Of a stretch of DNA of 64,000 bases, positions 25,643-38,174 are shown piece by piece. A program made the translations under genes and the position numbers. The notes under the pieces are model-generated. The model ran no database searches. It was not told the DNA's origin and saw only the letters and a list, made by a program, of their open reading frames with translations. This stretch comes from Macrostomum lignano (Eukaryota). The stretch spans positions 124,001 to 188,000 of the forward strand of contig NIVC01001715.1 in assembly GCA_002269645.1 (NCBI GenBank). Reading direction: 5' to 3'. How positions within the stretch are numbered: the first letter of the stretch is position 1; each line of letters begins with the position of its first letter.

Positions 25643-26451
25643 CATCGGAAAAGCGAATAGGAAAATTCTCCACTCGATCAGGTAAGTAATCAGCTTCGCT
25701 GTCAATAGCAACAATAGCCATAATACAAACATGCACAGTAAAGCAGTGAACTAAAACAACAGCAGAGATTAGTTGATAAATGTTGAAGGCAAAAATGACT
25801 GATTATTACACTATTGAAGTTCAAACGCAGAGTCAAAATCTGCAACTGAATGAATTTAATAAAGGAATAGCGCATAAAAACGCACAGCATAAAAAATGAG
25901 TGGAATATAAGTTTTTAACACAGCACCTGGAATATGTATACATAGCGCTAAAAATGTGCTAGATACTGCTAGAGATAGTTTTAAGACAGAAACAAAAGCT
26001 TTTTTATATAACTAGACGCTTATTAAATGCATTAGCAAAGGCCAATTAAATTATTAGTAGATATTGCTAATTTGTTAAAAACAAATTTATTAAACACGTA
26101 TTTTAATATTTATTTAGCAGAACGAAACTAACCGAAGAACAAATGCAACTTTACTGAATTTATCCAAAGAAAGAATTTGATTAAACTTCTCTGAGCTGTT
26201 TGGTAGAAAATGTTAACAAATAAATACAAGACAGTAGAAAGAAGAAAAACTTCTTATTGCGTTTTCAATTATTGGAGCATCAATCTAATAATTTCTGCTA
26301 GCTGGACAGAGTAAAGTTTGAAAATTGGGCAAAAATTCAACAGGCGATTGATACAGGCAGACAACACAGAGAAGATATTGATGCTTGTAAAAACATGACG
26401 AACAAAGACCAGATTGTCATTGTCAGGTTAGCCAATTAGCCTGTCAGCAGT

Positions 26452-26700
26452 TCACCGGTTTGACAAATAATAGGCCACGCTAGTGTCCTGAGTGGCATCT
26501 CGACTACTCAGTGTGGCCACAATCACCTTCCACTCGTCAAATACAATACGCGAGCTCTTCTCCAGCGCGTTTGAGTCGCGCTCTTTGTTCAGATAGTGGT
26601 CAGACCAGAATGCCAGCAGGTCGAGTAGATTGGCCATGATTGGCTTAAGACTGGAACAGTCGCCGCGAGACAGGTTCGGGAATACCAGCTGACGCTCGTC
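26452..26700 (-). CDS. TRPC4AP: TRPC4AP/TRUSS exon 9 (last)
   Basis: NLLDLLAFWSDHYLNKERDSNALEKSSRIVFDEWK matches the recalled C-terminus. Acceptor is 26700 or in-frame 26688. Confidence 0.85.
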   Translation of the reverse strand, partial: DERQLVFPNLSRGDCSSLKPIMANLLDLLAFWSDHYLNKERDSNALEKSSRIVFDEWKVIVATLSSRDATQDTSVAYYLSNR

Positions 26701-26799
26701 CTTTGGGATATTTATTAAAACACTTGGGACAATTATGACAGCTTAAGAATACCCCTTAGACTGTTAACTTAGAATCTAAGGTAGTGACTCAAAAACTGA

Positions 26800-27140
26800 T
26801 CATCTGGGAGGCTGGCCCAGCAACTGGGGATCTGAGAGGCTGGCCCAGCAACTGGGGATCTGAGAGGCTGGCCCAGCAACTGGGGATCTGAGAGGCTGGC
26901 CCAGCAACTGAGGATCTGGGAGGCTGGCCCAGCAACTGGGGATCTGGGAGGCTAGCCCAGCAACTGGGGATCTGAGAGGCTGGCCCAGCAACTGAGGATC
27001 TGAGAGGCTGGCCCAGCAACTGAGGATCTGAGAGGCTGGCCCAGCAACTGAGGATCTGGGAGGCTGGCCCAGCAACTGAGGATCTGGGAGGCTGGCCCAG
27101 CAACTGAGGATCTGGGAGGCAGGCTGGGGATCTGATCTGG
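26800..27140. repeat. 27-bp minisatellite, TRPC4AP intron 8
   Basis: Unit cccagcaactgaggatctgggaggctgg. Confidence 0.95.
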
Positions 27141-27189
27141 GGATCAACTGAGGATGACACAATAAGGAGTATTTGAGCAGCCAGCTTAC

Positions 27190-27348
27190 CAGAGTATCCA
27201 TCCGCTTGATAGCCGCCAGGTAAGCGGGCAGCTTGCTGGCTCGATGGGCGTAGACCAGCACAACCAGGCCGGTGTTCAAGCAGCTCACATTCTCCTGGGT
27301 CAGACTGCTCAAGCAGAGCAGGCGCAGCATCCGGTAAGAGACGGTGGC
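27190..27348 (-). CDS. TRPC4AP: TRPC4AP exon 8
   Basis: LTQENVSCLNTGLVVL; cag and gtaagc junctions. Confidence 0.9.
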
Positions 27349-27424
27349 CTGAAGAAAAACAGGTTTGGTTGATTAAATTGAATTCAAGAATCATAAAATG
27401 GTTAAGGCAATTAACTCTTTTACA

Positions 27425-28200
27425 TTGCAATTGGCCTCTCAGACTGCAATTGGCCTCTCAGATTGCAATCGGTACTCTCTAATTGCAATCGGCACTCTCT
27501 AATTGCAATTGGCACTCACTAATTGCAATTGGCACTCTCTAATTGCAATTGGCACTCACTAATTGCAATCGACACCGTCTAATTGCAATTGGCACTCTCT
27601 AATTGCAATCTTCACTCTCTCTAATTGCAATCGACACCCTCTAATTGCAATTGGCACTCTCTAATTGCAATTGGCACTCACTAATTGCAATCGACACCGT
27701 CTAATTGCAATTGGCACTCTCTAATTGCAATCTTCACTCTCTCTAATTGCAATCGACACCCTCTAATTGCAATTGGCACTCTCTAATTGCAATTGGCACT
27801 CACTAATTGCAATCGACACCGTCTAATTGCAATCGGCACTCTCTAATTGCAATCGGCAGTCTCTAATTGCAATCTTCACTCTCTCTAATTGCAATCTTCA
27901 CTCTCTCTAATTGCAATCTTCACTCTCTCTAATTGCAATCGACACCCTCTAATTGCAATCGGCACTCTCTAATTGCAATCTTCACTCTCTCTAATTGCAA
28001 TCTTCACTCTCTCTAATTGCAATCTTCACTCTCTCTAATTGCAATTGGCACTCTCTAATTGCAATCGGCACTCTCTAATTGCAATCTTCACTCTCTCTAA
28101 TTGCAATCGGCACTCTCTAATTGCAATCTTCACTCTCTCTAATTGCAATCGGCACTCTCTAATTGCAATTGGCACTCTCTAACTGTTATCGATCCTCTCT
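27425..28200. repeat. 20-22-bp minisatellite, TRPC4AP intron 7
   Basis: Unit ctaattgcaattggcactct. Confidence 0.95.
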
Positions 28201-28358
28201 AATTGTACCTGACAGTCTCGGATTTCAATCAGCACTTTCAGATTAAAACTACATATTGTAAATACAATAAGCACTGCAGTTAAAAATGACGGCACTATTT
28301 AATTACAAATTACACTATGATAAATAATTTTTGTTAAGCAAGCGTGTATAATAGAAAC

Positions 28359-28694
28359 CTTAGCATCGTCGTTAGCCCATCTAGCCAGCAGGCAGGACTC
28401 CCGATTGCACCAAATGGCTGTGGCAGGCGTTATCCTAGCAAAATGATCAATGCTAAGCATAGCGCTCCTTAGAAACATATTGGAATCAACCAGGTTAGCG
28501 CTGGCTAATTGGCACAGCCTATTCGAACCGGCCTCGCCCAGTTGGCCGTCCAATTCGCGCACAGCTTGCTCGTTGAATTTCAACAGTTCGGCCAGCAGAT
28601 CAAAGCCGGATTGGACAACTTCGCGGGATGGCGAGTCAACTTCGATTAGGGTGGAGGCCACGTGGCTGAGCAGGCCGCGGCGGATTAGCAGAAC
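28359..28694 (-). CDS. TRPC4AP: TRPC4AP exon 7
   Basis: LLIRRGLL...VQSGFDLLAELLKFN...NLVDSNMFLRS. Confidence 0.9.
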
Positions 28695-28834
28695 CTGATA
28701 GAGGCGATAGAGGTTTTTATTTAGTAAAAGACGGTCGGTGCTACTCACGGTGATTTTTTCAGTAGGCTGTTAAGCACATTTTTACACCAAGGCAGCTGGG
28801 GGATACTTAATAGCCACTTCCAGCCTATAACACA

Positions 28835-29400
28835 AAATCTAGCCTGTGGCGCTAAAATCTAGCCTGTGGCGCTAAATCTAGCCTGTGGCGCTAAATCTAG
28901 CCTGTGGCGCTAAAATCTAGCCTGCGGCGCTAAAATCTAGCCTGCGGCGCTAAAATCTAGCCTGCGGCGCTAAAATCTAGCCTGCGGCGCTAAAATCTAG
29001 CCTGCGGCGCTAAAATCTAGCCTGCGGCGCTAAAATCTAGCCTGCGGCGCTAAAATCTAGCCTGCGGCGCTAAAATCTAGCCTGCGGCGCTAAAATCTAG
29101 CCTGTGGCGCTAAAATCTAGCCTGTGGCGCTAAATCTAGCATATGGCGCTAAATATAGCCTGTGGCGCTAAATATAGCATATGGCGCTAAACCTAGCCTG
29201 TGCCGCTAAATCTAATTTGCAGCGTTTAATTGGCGCTAAAATCTAGTCTGTGGCGCTTAAATCTAGTCTGTGGCGCTAAAAATCTAGCCTATAGGGCCTA
29301 ATTCTAGTCTGCAGCGCTAAAATCTAACGTACGGCGCTAAAATCCAATGTAGGGCGCTAAATTCTAATGTACGGCGTTAAAAATCTAATGTGCGCTAAAG
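28835..29400. repeat. 19-20-bp minisatellite, TRPC4AP intron 6
   Basis: Unit agcctgcggcgctaaaatct. Confidence 0.95.
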
Positions 29401-29490
29401 CGTTAAAACTTTTTATTCAGTGATTGTGAACTGGAGCTATTACCTCCATCTACCTGAAAATAACAGTGTTAGCCAATGTATATGCCTCAC

Positions 29491-29823
29491 CTGATCGCAG
29501 TAGGCACCCTGACAGCGCAGATACGATTCAACAGCTCTGGCCAGCCAGAATCGAAACGTGCTAGTAGACGGTTCGTGTTGCAACACTTCGACCATGCGAA
29601 CTAGTAGGCCGGGCTCTTTCCGACACATTAGCGACCTGTCGACGCTAGTCAAGCCGTCCACTCTGTCTGGCGCAGGTAAGCTGGCATTGATGCAGCGCAA
29701 TTCGGCTAGCTCAGATTGGCATAGCAACAGGCGGCGATGCGACCAATTAGCGTGATCGCAGAACGAATGGATTAAGCGGAGTAGTTGGATTTTCACTGCC
29801 ACCTCGGGTGCGCATTCGCATAG
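29491..29823 (-). CDS. TRPC4AP: TRPC4AP exon 6
   Basis: CECAPEVAVKIQLLRLIHSFCDH...FRFWLARAVESYLR...Y.DQ. Confidence 0.92.
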
Positions 29824-30034
29824 CTGAAGTTGAAGTGAATTGAGTATATTCAAGGGTATAGAAATGCAATTTTTACTCTGAGTTCAATTACAATCGTTTT
29901 GCATGCCTAAAACTACCCATACCTTCCCAGAAGCATTGCTTTAATTTTCTGAATCTGCCGTTACGTCTCTTGATTCTACTATTTACTTTACTGAAACTAT
30001 CGATAACCATTAACCTTGCTGAACTTACAAATTC

Positions 30035-30970
30035 CTTAGCTAAAACTACCATTATCAGCACTGAAACTACCATTCTCATCACTGAAACTACCATTTTCAT
30101 CACTGAAACTACTATTTTCATCACTGAAACTACCATTATCAGCACTAAAACTACCATTCTTATCACTGAAACTACCATTTCCATCACTGAAACTACCATT
30201 GTCGTAACTAAAACTACCATTTTCATCACTGAAACTACCATTTTTCATCACTGAAACTACCATTGTCGTCACTAAAACTACCATTATCATCACTGAAACT
30301 ACCATTTTCATCACTGAAACTACCATTGTCGTCACTGAAACTACCATTATCATCACTGAAACTACCATTTTCATCACTGAAACTACCATTTTCATCAGTG
30401 AAACTACCATTTTCATCACAAACTACCATTTTCATCACTGAAACTACCATTTTCATCACTGAAACTACCATTTTCATCACTGAAACTACCATTTTCATCA
30501 CTGAAACTACCATTTTCATCACTGAAACTACCATTTTCATCACTGAAACTACCATTGTCGTCACTAAAACTACCGTTTTCATCACTGAAACTACGGTTTT
30601 TATCACTAAAACTACGATTTTCATCACTGAAACTACCATTTTTGTCACTGAAACTACCATTTTCATCACTGAAACTACCATTTTTGTCACTGAAACTACC
30701 ATAGTCGTCACTGAAAGTACCATTGTCGTCACTAAAACTACCATTTTCATCACTGAAACTACCATTTTTGTCACTGAAACTACCATTTTCATCACTGAAA
30801 CTACCATTTTTGTCACTAAAACTACCATTTTCATCACTGAAACTACCATTGTCGTCACTAAAACTACCATATTCATCACTGAAACTACCATTTTTATCAC
30901 TGAAACTACCATTTTCATCACTGAAACTATCATTTTCATCACAAACTACCATATTCATCACTGAAACTAC
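30035..30970. repeat. 21-bp minisatellite, TRPC4AP intron 5
   Basis: Unit ttcatcactgaaactaccatt. Confidence 0.96.
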
Positions 30971-31074
30971 CTCCTCTAATCTATCACGTAATCGCCATTT
31001 GTTCCCCGCCCCTAATCTTCTCTATCTGACCCCAGCTTCGCTCTAAGCTATCAAAGAGAATCTGCATCACAAAC

Positions 31075-31595
31075 CTGATGCTGATGCTCCCTCTGCTGTT
31101 GCCGAACCAGCTCCCGCTGTCTTTGCAGCTCCATCTGTTGCAGCTGCACTGGCGGAGCTCCGAACATCGCCGCGGCGGCTTCCGCAGCCGTAGAAGCAGA
31201 CCCGGCGGTGTGGCATCGCCATAGAAACATATCGAACAGATCTTGCAAAGCTGGGGCGAATCTTAATTCCGCTAGACGGCGTTGGACCCTTCTGCGTTGA
31301 CGACCGCCTAGCAACAGGCCTAATACGTAGCAGAGCGACACCAGATTGTGCAACTGGCTGCACCGGTGCAAAGCGAACGACAACGGTCGATCAAACAGCG
31401 ACACAGGCATCTGATTGGCTGGCGCTGGCGGCCTGCCAAACCCGCCAAATACTTCGTCTTCGCCTTGCAGGGCCGGCGAATCCCAGATCGGCGGCGGCGG
31501 CAGCGGCGCGCCGGGCGGCTGACTGCCAGCGATGATGGCGTTGTCAAGGGCGCGATCGATCCAGGTGAGCCAGTTCTCGCTCTCAGTTGGCTGGC
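31075..31595 (-). CDS. TRPC4AP: TRPC4AP exon 5
   Basis: ENWLTWIDRAL...YVLGLLLGGRQR..VQ..LAE..F.P.L..LFD.F.WR; phase-consistent junctions. Confidence 0.85.
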
Positions 31596-31604
31596 CTGGT
31601 TAGT

Positions 31605-32040
31605 GCAAAGATTCCGATTCTCATTAGAGATTAAGCCTCTAGATTCCGATTCTCACTAGAGATTAAGCCTTTAGATTCCGATTCTCACTAGAGATTAAGC
31701 CTCTAGATTCCGATTCACACTAGAGATTAAGCCTCTAGATTCCGATTCTCACTAGAGATTAAGCCTCTAGATTCCGATTCTCACAAGAGATTAAGTCTCT
31801 AGATTCCGAGTCTCACAAAAGATTAAGTCTCTAGATTCCGAGTCTCACAAGAGATTAAGCCTCTAGATTCCGAGTCTCACAAGAGATTAAGTCTCTAGAT
31901 TCCGAGTCTCACAAGAGATTAAGTCTCTAGATTCCGAGTCTTACAAGAGATTAAGTCTCTAGATTCCGAGTCTCACAAGATATTAAGTCTCTAGATTCCG
32001 AGTCTCACAAGAGATCTAGTCCCAGGATTCCGAATCTCAT
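31605..32040. repeat. 32-bp minisatellite, TRPC4AP intron 4
   Basis: Unit tctagattccgagtctcacaagagattaagtc. Confidence 0.95.
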
Positions 32041-32133
32041 GAGATAGTTAGTGTGAAGATTAGATTAAATCTACAAATTATAGCACAAAATCAGTTTACA
32101 AAAATCAAATATCCACAAAAACAAGAGACTCAC

Positions 32134-32326
32134 CTCTATATCGCGGTATACACCTGAGCGCCATATACTTCATCAATTGAACCATACGAGGCAGGAACTG
32201 CGGACAAGCCAACAGGCAATCCAGATTGCTGTCGCGAGGATTTCCATTGCTGCAGATGCTGCCACTGTTGGGCATTGGCCGTCGATCGGCATGAAGCTGC
32301 TGGTTGCCTGGCTGCCGCAACTGGGC
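32134..32326 (-). CDS. TRPC4AP: TRPC4AP exon 4
   Basis: RDSNLDCLLACPQFLPRMVQL; cag and gtgagt junctions keep the frame. Confidence 0.75.
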
Positions 32327-32579
32327 CTGAGTAGTTCATTAAGGTAGAATCAAGGTGTAGTGCACAATGTAATATTGCTGCTGCTGTTGCTGATGGTTGT
32401 TAAGTGAATTATAATATCGCTAATAACGATGACGCTACTGGTTGCTAGGGGAAATATAATAATCATATCATAATGGTTGCTAAGTGAAATATTATCAACC
32501 CTAATGATGCTATTGGTTGCTAAGGAAGCAATACCAGTCCCGATTATGTCATTGAGTGCTAGAGGAAAATTGACTTGAA

Positions 32580-32965
32580 TCTACTGGTTGCTAAGGTAAA
32601 ATTGTCCTAACCCTACAGGTTGCTAAGGTAAAATTGTCCTAACCCTACTACAGATTGCTAAGGTGAAATTGTCTAACCCTACAGGTTGCTAAGGTCAAAT
32701 TGTCCTAACCCTACTACAGGTTGCTAAGGTCAAATTGTCCTAACCCTAATACTGGTTGCTAAGGTCAAATTGTCCTAACCCTAATACTGGTTGCTACATG
32801 TAAGGTAAATTTGTCTTAACCCTACCGGTTGCTAAGGTAAATTTGTCTTAACCCTACCGGTTGCTAAGGTAAATTTGTCTTAACCCTACCGGTTGCTAAG
32901 GTAAATTTGTCTTAACCCTACCGGTTGCTAAGGTAAATTTGTCTTAACCCTACCGGTTGCTAAGG
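32580..32965. repeat. About 32-bp minisatellite, TRPC4AP intron 3
   Basis: Unit ggttgctaaggtaaatttgtcttaaccctacc. Confidence 0.93.
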
Positions 32966-33011
32966 AAAGCGGCCACTAACCTCAAAATTACACAGCCTAA
33001 TAAGTCCCTAC

Positions 33012-33385
33012 CTGAAGCAGTCCTCCAGGCCTATCGGCACCCTGATCTCCATCCGACAAAGCCAAGGTCAGAATCCGAGTAAACTGCACCAGCTGATCGT
33101 CTGTAAAGCGTTGCACTAGCGCCTCTAATTTGGGCACCCGATTGAGCATAAACAAGCCGTTGGTATGCTGAAATACATCCTCTAACAGTTGGATAGAGCC
33201 GCCGTAGAGAAAGCTAACCCCGGTGCAGGTGAACAGATAGTTAACTAGATGGTCGCCTCCGGTGCCGCTAATCAGAGAATCCAGAACGGCTAAGCCCAGG
33301 TGCTGGTCACCTTGACTCCGGTGTACAATTAGCCGACAGAGCAGGTCAATTAGTTGGCCTTTGCTGCGCAGCAATTGGCTCAATT
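33012..33385 (-). CDS. TRPC4AP: TRPC4AP exon 3
   Basis: LF.L..VP.LE.LV..F...QL..F.RIL.L.LSD pattern; phase 1 in, phase 0 out. Confidence 0.8.
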
Positions 33386-33459
33386 CTGCAAGAAATGAAA
33401 GACATACCTGTCAATGAGCCTGTCCAGGGGCCCATACCAACAGTTTAGTGCCCGTATTA

Positions 33460-34010
33460 GTGTTCCTCTTAGTGTCTGTCTCAGCGTCTGTCTTATTGTC
33501 TGTCTTAATGTCTATCCAAGTGCCTGTCTTAGTGCCTGTCTTAATGTTTTAGTGTCTGTCTTAGTGCCTGTCTTAGTGTTTTAGTGTCTGTCTTAGTGCC
33601 TGTCTTAGTGTTTTAGTGTGTGCGTTAGTGTCTGTCTTAGTGCCTGTCTTAGTGTTTGTCTTAGTGTCTGTCTTCGTGTCTGTCTTAGTGTCTGTCTCGG
33701 TGTCTATCTTAGAGTCTGTCTTAGAGTCTGTCTCAGTGTCTATCTTAGAGTCTGTCTTAGAGTCTGTCTCGGTGTCTATCTTAGAGTCTGTCTTAGAGTC
33801 TGTCTCAGTGTCTATCTTAGAGTCTGTCTTAGAGTCTGTCTCAGTGTCTATCTTAGAGTCTGTCTTAGTGTCTGTCTCGGTGTCTATCTTAGAGTCTGTC
33901 TTAGTGTCTGTCTCAGTGTCTATCTTAGAGTCTGTCTTAGTTTCTGTCTCAGTGTCTATCTTAGAGTCTGTCTTAGTGCCTGTCTTTGTAGTGCCTGTTT
34001 TAGTGTCTGT
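33460..34010. repeat. 12/36-bp minisatellite, TRPC4AP intron 2
   Basis: tgtcttagtgtc and tatcttagagtc units. Confidence 0.93.
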
Positions 34011-34074
34011 CCAACTGTCCTAGCACTTTAGCAACTGTCCAAATCATCCACACCCAGTCTGCCCTGCCACTCAC

Positions 34075-34144
34075 CCGTATCGGGGCGTTGCAAAACCACA
34101 GCATTTGAGTCCAAAGTGTCATAAACTAGAATTTGTCTAAGAAG
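34075..34144 (-). CDS. TRPC4AP: TRPC4AP exon 2 (70 bp)
   Basis: ttttacag|CTT...ACG G|gtgagt. Required to reconcile the phase between exons 1 and 3. Confidence 0.7.
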
Positions 34145-34220
34145 CTGTAAAAAATCGAAAATTTAAATTTAAAACATACTATTAAAGAATCGACAGATGT
34201 ACTAACTTTTTTGAACTCAC

Positions 34221-34541
34221 CTGAACGCCGCCCTGAGCAATAAAGCTACGCAGAAGCATAGACGGACTCAAGCTAACTCCCGCATCCGGCATGCACCGTT
34301 TAGCGAAATGCTGCAAATACAGCGGCAACTGTAGGCCACCAGGTGGCGGCGGTCTAGAAAAGCAAGCGGTCGATCGCATATCAACTAGCCAGGCCCGTTC
34401 CAGCCGTTTAATCTGGTGCGTAGCTCGCAGATCGGCCATCAGTTGGCGAAGATTCTGCTGTTGCAATTGTTGGCGACGCCTAGACAATGCTACTACAGCC
34501 TCCGACTGGTCCTGACTGTTTGCGCCAGGATTGTACACCAT
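34221..34541 (-). CDS. TRPC4AP: TRPC4AP exon 1
   Basis: ATG at 34541, open to CAG|gtgagt. The sequence is poorly conserved, so the assignment rests on splice and frame continuity. Confidence 0.6.
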
Positions 34542-35394
34542 CTCTTGCAATTGATTCTGCTTCTGGTGCAGAAATGTTCGAGGAATCTGAAATTTTGTGT
34601 GTGCATAAATTTTATCACTATAAATTCATCTCCTTGCTTACGTGTTTCTATCAAAGCCACGTGGAATTTCCATGGATTACCCTGCGGAACAGTGTCTACA
34701 AATTGTGTACATGTGAGCCAATGTTCTTTCGATGGGCCTCTGCCTCATGGAATTTCCGTGGATTTTCCTGCAACAAGGGATTCCCCTGCAGCTGTGCATG
34801 AAGCATTACCACACGGAATTTCCAAGGATTTTCCTGCAATGGGGATTCCCCTCTTAATGTACAAGCACTGGGCCCAATAGCATTTGCGCGTAATTACCTA
34901 GGCAAGAGAATGCGAATTTTCTATTTACTATTAATTTAATTTAAAACTACTATAAGTAGTCTACGTGCTTCAGTTAAAAATATAAACTTAACGAATGCTC
35001 TTACATCTGACATTCGATTCAATCCAACTCCAAAAGTGGATCTGGAACGTAATAGAGTGGTCACGTTGACTTCAGCAGCTGGGCTAGCTTGCACGCTTCC
35101 AGCAATTCGAGAGTTGCTTCTCATGATGAGCACACTACTAAAAGCTGAATGTTCAAATTCTCGTGAGCTGACAGGCACTTAAATTGCTTTTGTAGCTGAA
35201 ATTTATTATGCGAAACCATTTAACAAAACTTCTAAAAATCATCATTTTTATCTAGATTTATTAACGAGTAGGAGGGTAACATTGATATAGACATAGATGT
35301 GCAAAGATGCTTAGATAGATTAGTGGGAAGATGCGAGGATAGAGAGAATATATATACATATATATATATATATAAGAAGGTACGTACAAATATA

Positions 35395-35760
35395 CGTGTA
35401 GGTGAGTAAATAGCTAGGAAGGTCGGTAGGCACGTGGGTTATTAGGTAGGTAGGTAAGGTAGGTAAGTAGGTAGGTAGGTGGATAGGTAGGCAGGTAGGA
35501 TGGTAAGTAAGTAGATAGGTAGGAAGGTAGGTTGGTAAGTAGGTAGGTAGGTGGGTAGGTGGATAGGTAAGCAGGTAGGTAGGTGGGTAGGTAGGCAGGT
35601 AGGTAGGTAAGTAGGTAGCTTTATAGATAGGTAGGTTGGTATGTAGATAGGTACGTAGGTAAGTAGGTAGGTAGGTAGGTAGGTAGGTAGGTAGGTAGGT
35701 AGGTAAGTTAGTAGGTAGGTAGGTAGGTAGGCAAGTAGGTAGGTATGGTAGGTAGGTGAA
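35395..35760. repeat. (TAGG)n microsatellite
   Basis: Direct inspection. Confidence 0.93.
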
Positions 35761-36589
35761 TTCTAGCGTATACCTAACAATCTCAATTGTATACCTCAAA
35801 TGAAACTAATTCCAAACCATTTAAAGCAATCATTTTACAGGCAGTTGCTATTATTAAACGTGTATTACTGCTGTAAATTACTACGCAATAGCTAGACAGT
35901 TGACTTGAGAATTGAAGGTGTCGGCGAAGGTAATGATTATAAGGACTGTAAAAATGAAAATAATACCAAATAACACCGGAAATAAGCGTGCAACTGCGAC
36001 TAAAAGTTGCATTAAGAAAACGAATTATAACTAGAGAAATATTACTTAATTGGAAATAACTAGAATGACAGGATACTGTACATACAGAACATCAAACACA
36101 CGGAGTCTTGGTAAAGAATAAATGACGCATAAATAACATTTTAATATGATATTTCAATTCAAGCAATTGTCTCCATTAGAAACCATAGAGTCAACTAGTA
36201 AATGTAGAACTATTAGTAGTAGCAAAAGCATACAAAAACATAACATACGAGAATTAGAAAAAATATGATAACAACAACAGGCATTCATAGATAGACAAGA
36301 TAATTGGAACACATAAATAAGAGAATTTAAACGCGCATATCAGAGGCAGCACATTACAAAAGGTGATCTAGCATTAGCTCGTATCTTACCAATGTATTTT
36401 AAAGCGAAAAGTTACACCTTTTTAAAACCTTTTGCAATTTGAACTACAGTACCCGTCTCTTGCATACTACTACTAGTAAGCATAAACGTTATTTAAGCAG
36501 AACAGAATCAGATAAAACAATTGAAGACTTGCTTTTCATTGTCTATGACAAAAAGGGGGTGGTTTTATGGGAGGTTCAGTGAAAACAAT

Positions 36590-37460
36590 CAAAGCATGCC
36601 CATGCAATCCATTTCTTGTTGCAGACTTTCAGTCTATGGTCCAAGGCCCATACCCCCATACAATCAATTTCTAGTTGCAGACTTTTGTCTATGGTCCAAG
36701 GCCCATGCAATCAATTTCTAGTTGCAGACTTTTGTCGATGGCCCAAGGCCCATACAATCCATTTCTAGTTGCAGACTTTTGTCTATGGTCCAAGGCCCAT
36801 GCAATCAATTTCTAGTTGCCGACTTTTGTCTATGGTCCAAGGCCCATGCAATCCATTTCTAGTTGCAGACTTTTGTCGATGTTCCAAGGCCCATGCAATC
36901 CATTTCTAGTTGCAGAATTTTGTCTATGGTCCAAGGCCCATACAATCAATTTCTAGTTGCCGACTTTTGTCTATGGTCCAAGGCCCATGCAATCCATTTC
37001 TAGTTGCAGACTTTTATCGATGGTCCAAGGCCCATGCAATCAATTTCTAGTTGCCGACTTTTGTCTATGGTCCAAGGCCAATGCAATCAATTTCTAGTTG
37101 CAGACTTTTGTCTATGGTCCAAGACCTATGCAATCAATTTCTAGTTGCAGACTTTTGTCTATGGTCCAAGGCCAATGCAATCAATTTCTAGTTGCAGACT
37201 TTTGTCTATGATCCAAGACCTATGCAATCAATTTCTAGTTGCAGACTTTTGTCTATGGTCCAAGGCCCATGCAATCAATTTCTAGTTGCCGACTTTTGTC
37301 TATGGTCCAAGGCCCATGCAATCCATTTCTAGCTGCAGACTTTTGTCTATGGTCCAAGGCCCATGCAATCCATTTCTAGCTGCAGACTTTTGTCGATGGT
37401 CCAAGGCCCATGCAATCCATTTCTAGTTGCAGACTTTTGTCTATGGTCCAAGGCCTATTC
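36590..37460. repeat. 47-bp minisatellite downstream of SMARCB1
   Basis: Unit tttctagttgcagacttttgtctatggtccaaggcccatgcaatcaa. Confidence 0.96.
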
Positions 37461-37658
37461 TCTATGGCCGGTTAAACTGGGCCCGCACAAACAACAATGT
37501 GAAAAGGATTAATTGCGCACTCAAATTCTTACACCGGCTGCTCTACAGACCCTTTTTGGCCATAGACAATGAAAATCATTATTCTTCCGCTAAAAATTAG
37601 ATCGCTTGCTCCTCGACTCAATTGGCAAAGAGAATGCTATAACTACATGTACTAGGCA

Positions 37659-38105
37659 TTACCAGCCTGTATTAGCCAACCGACGCATGCGTCGAGTATT
37701 TCTATCCTGATCGCGAATCTTCTTCTCCATCTCGGCGTCAGTCAGTGTTTCAACATTCGGGCACCATTGATCGGCTTCCGATGGATTGCGGAACACGGCC
37801 TCGAATGAGGGCAACGGCGACTCAGTGAAGTTGTACAGGCGCTGGTGCCAGGCAATCTGGCCGCGGATGCTGTAAGCGATGGCGGTGACAAATTCGCCGC
37901 CAAGTCCAAGTTCGGCGCACAGTTTCAAAGCAAAATCTTCGGGCGAATTAGTGGACTCGCTGATGTCCCATTCGAACTGGTCAACTAGAGAAATGTTGCC
38001 AATGTGGATGTTGAGTCGAATAATCACGCGAGCGTCCTGCTGCTGCCCGCTGCCGGTGCTCAGGGCCTCCTCTGAGGGATGCGCGTCCAGCTGCTGCCGC
38101 ATCGT
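37659..38105 (-). CDS. SMARCB1: SMARCB1/SNF5 exon 3
   Basis: [25 protein letters not shown]...[29 protein letters not shown]...[28 protein letters not shown]. Confidence 0.97.
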   Translation of the reverse strand, partial: TMRQQLDAHPSEEALSTGSGQQQDARVIIRLNIHIGNISLVDQFEWDISESTNSPEDFALKLCAELGLGGEFVTAIAYSIRGQIAWHQRLYNFTESPLPSFEAVFRNPSEADQWCPNVETLTDAEMEKKIRDQDRNTRRMRRLANTGW

Positions 38106-38174
38106 CTGGGAGGGTGGAATGGCGAGTTCGAGTTTCAGTCTTTGGATAGACTATGGGGCCTTGGACCTTCAGAA

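Noticed and set aside
36301-36360. U6-like words (ggcagcacat, aattggaac)
   Set aside because: Short, in the wrong order, and no ACAGAGA box.
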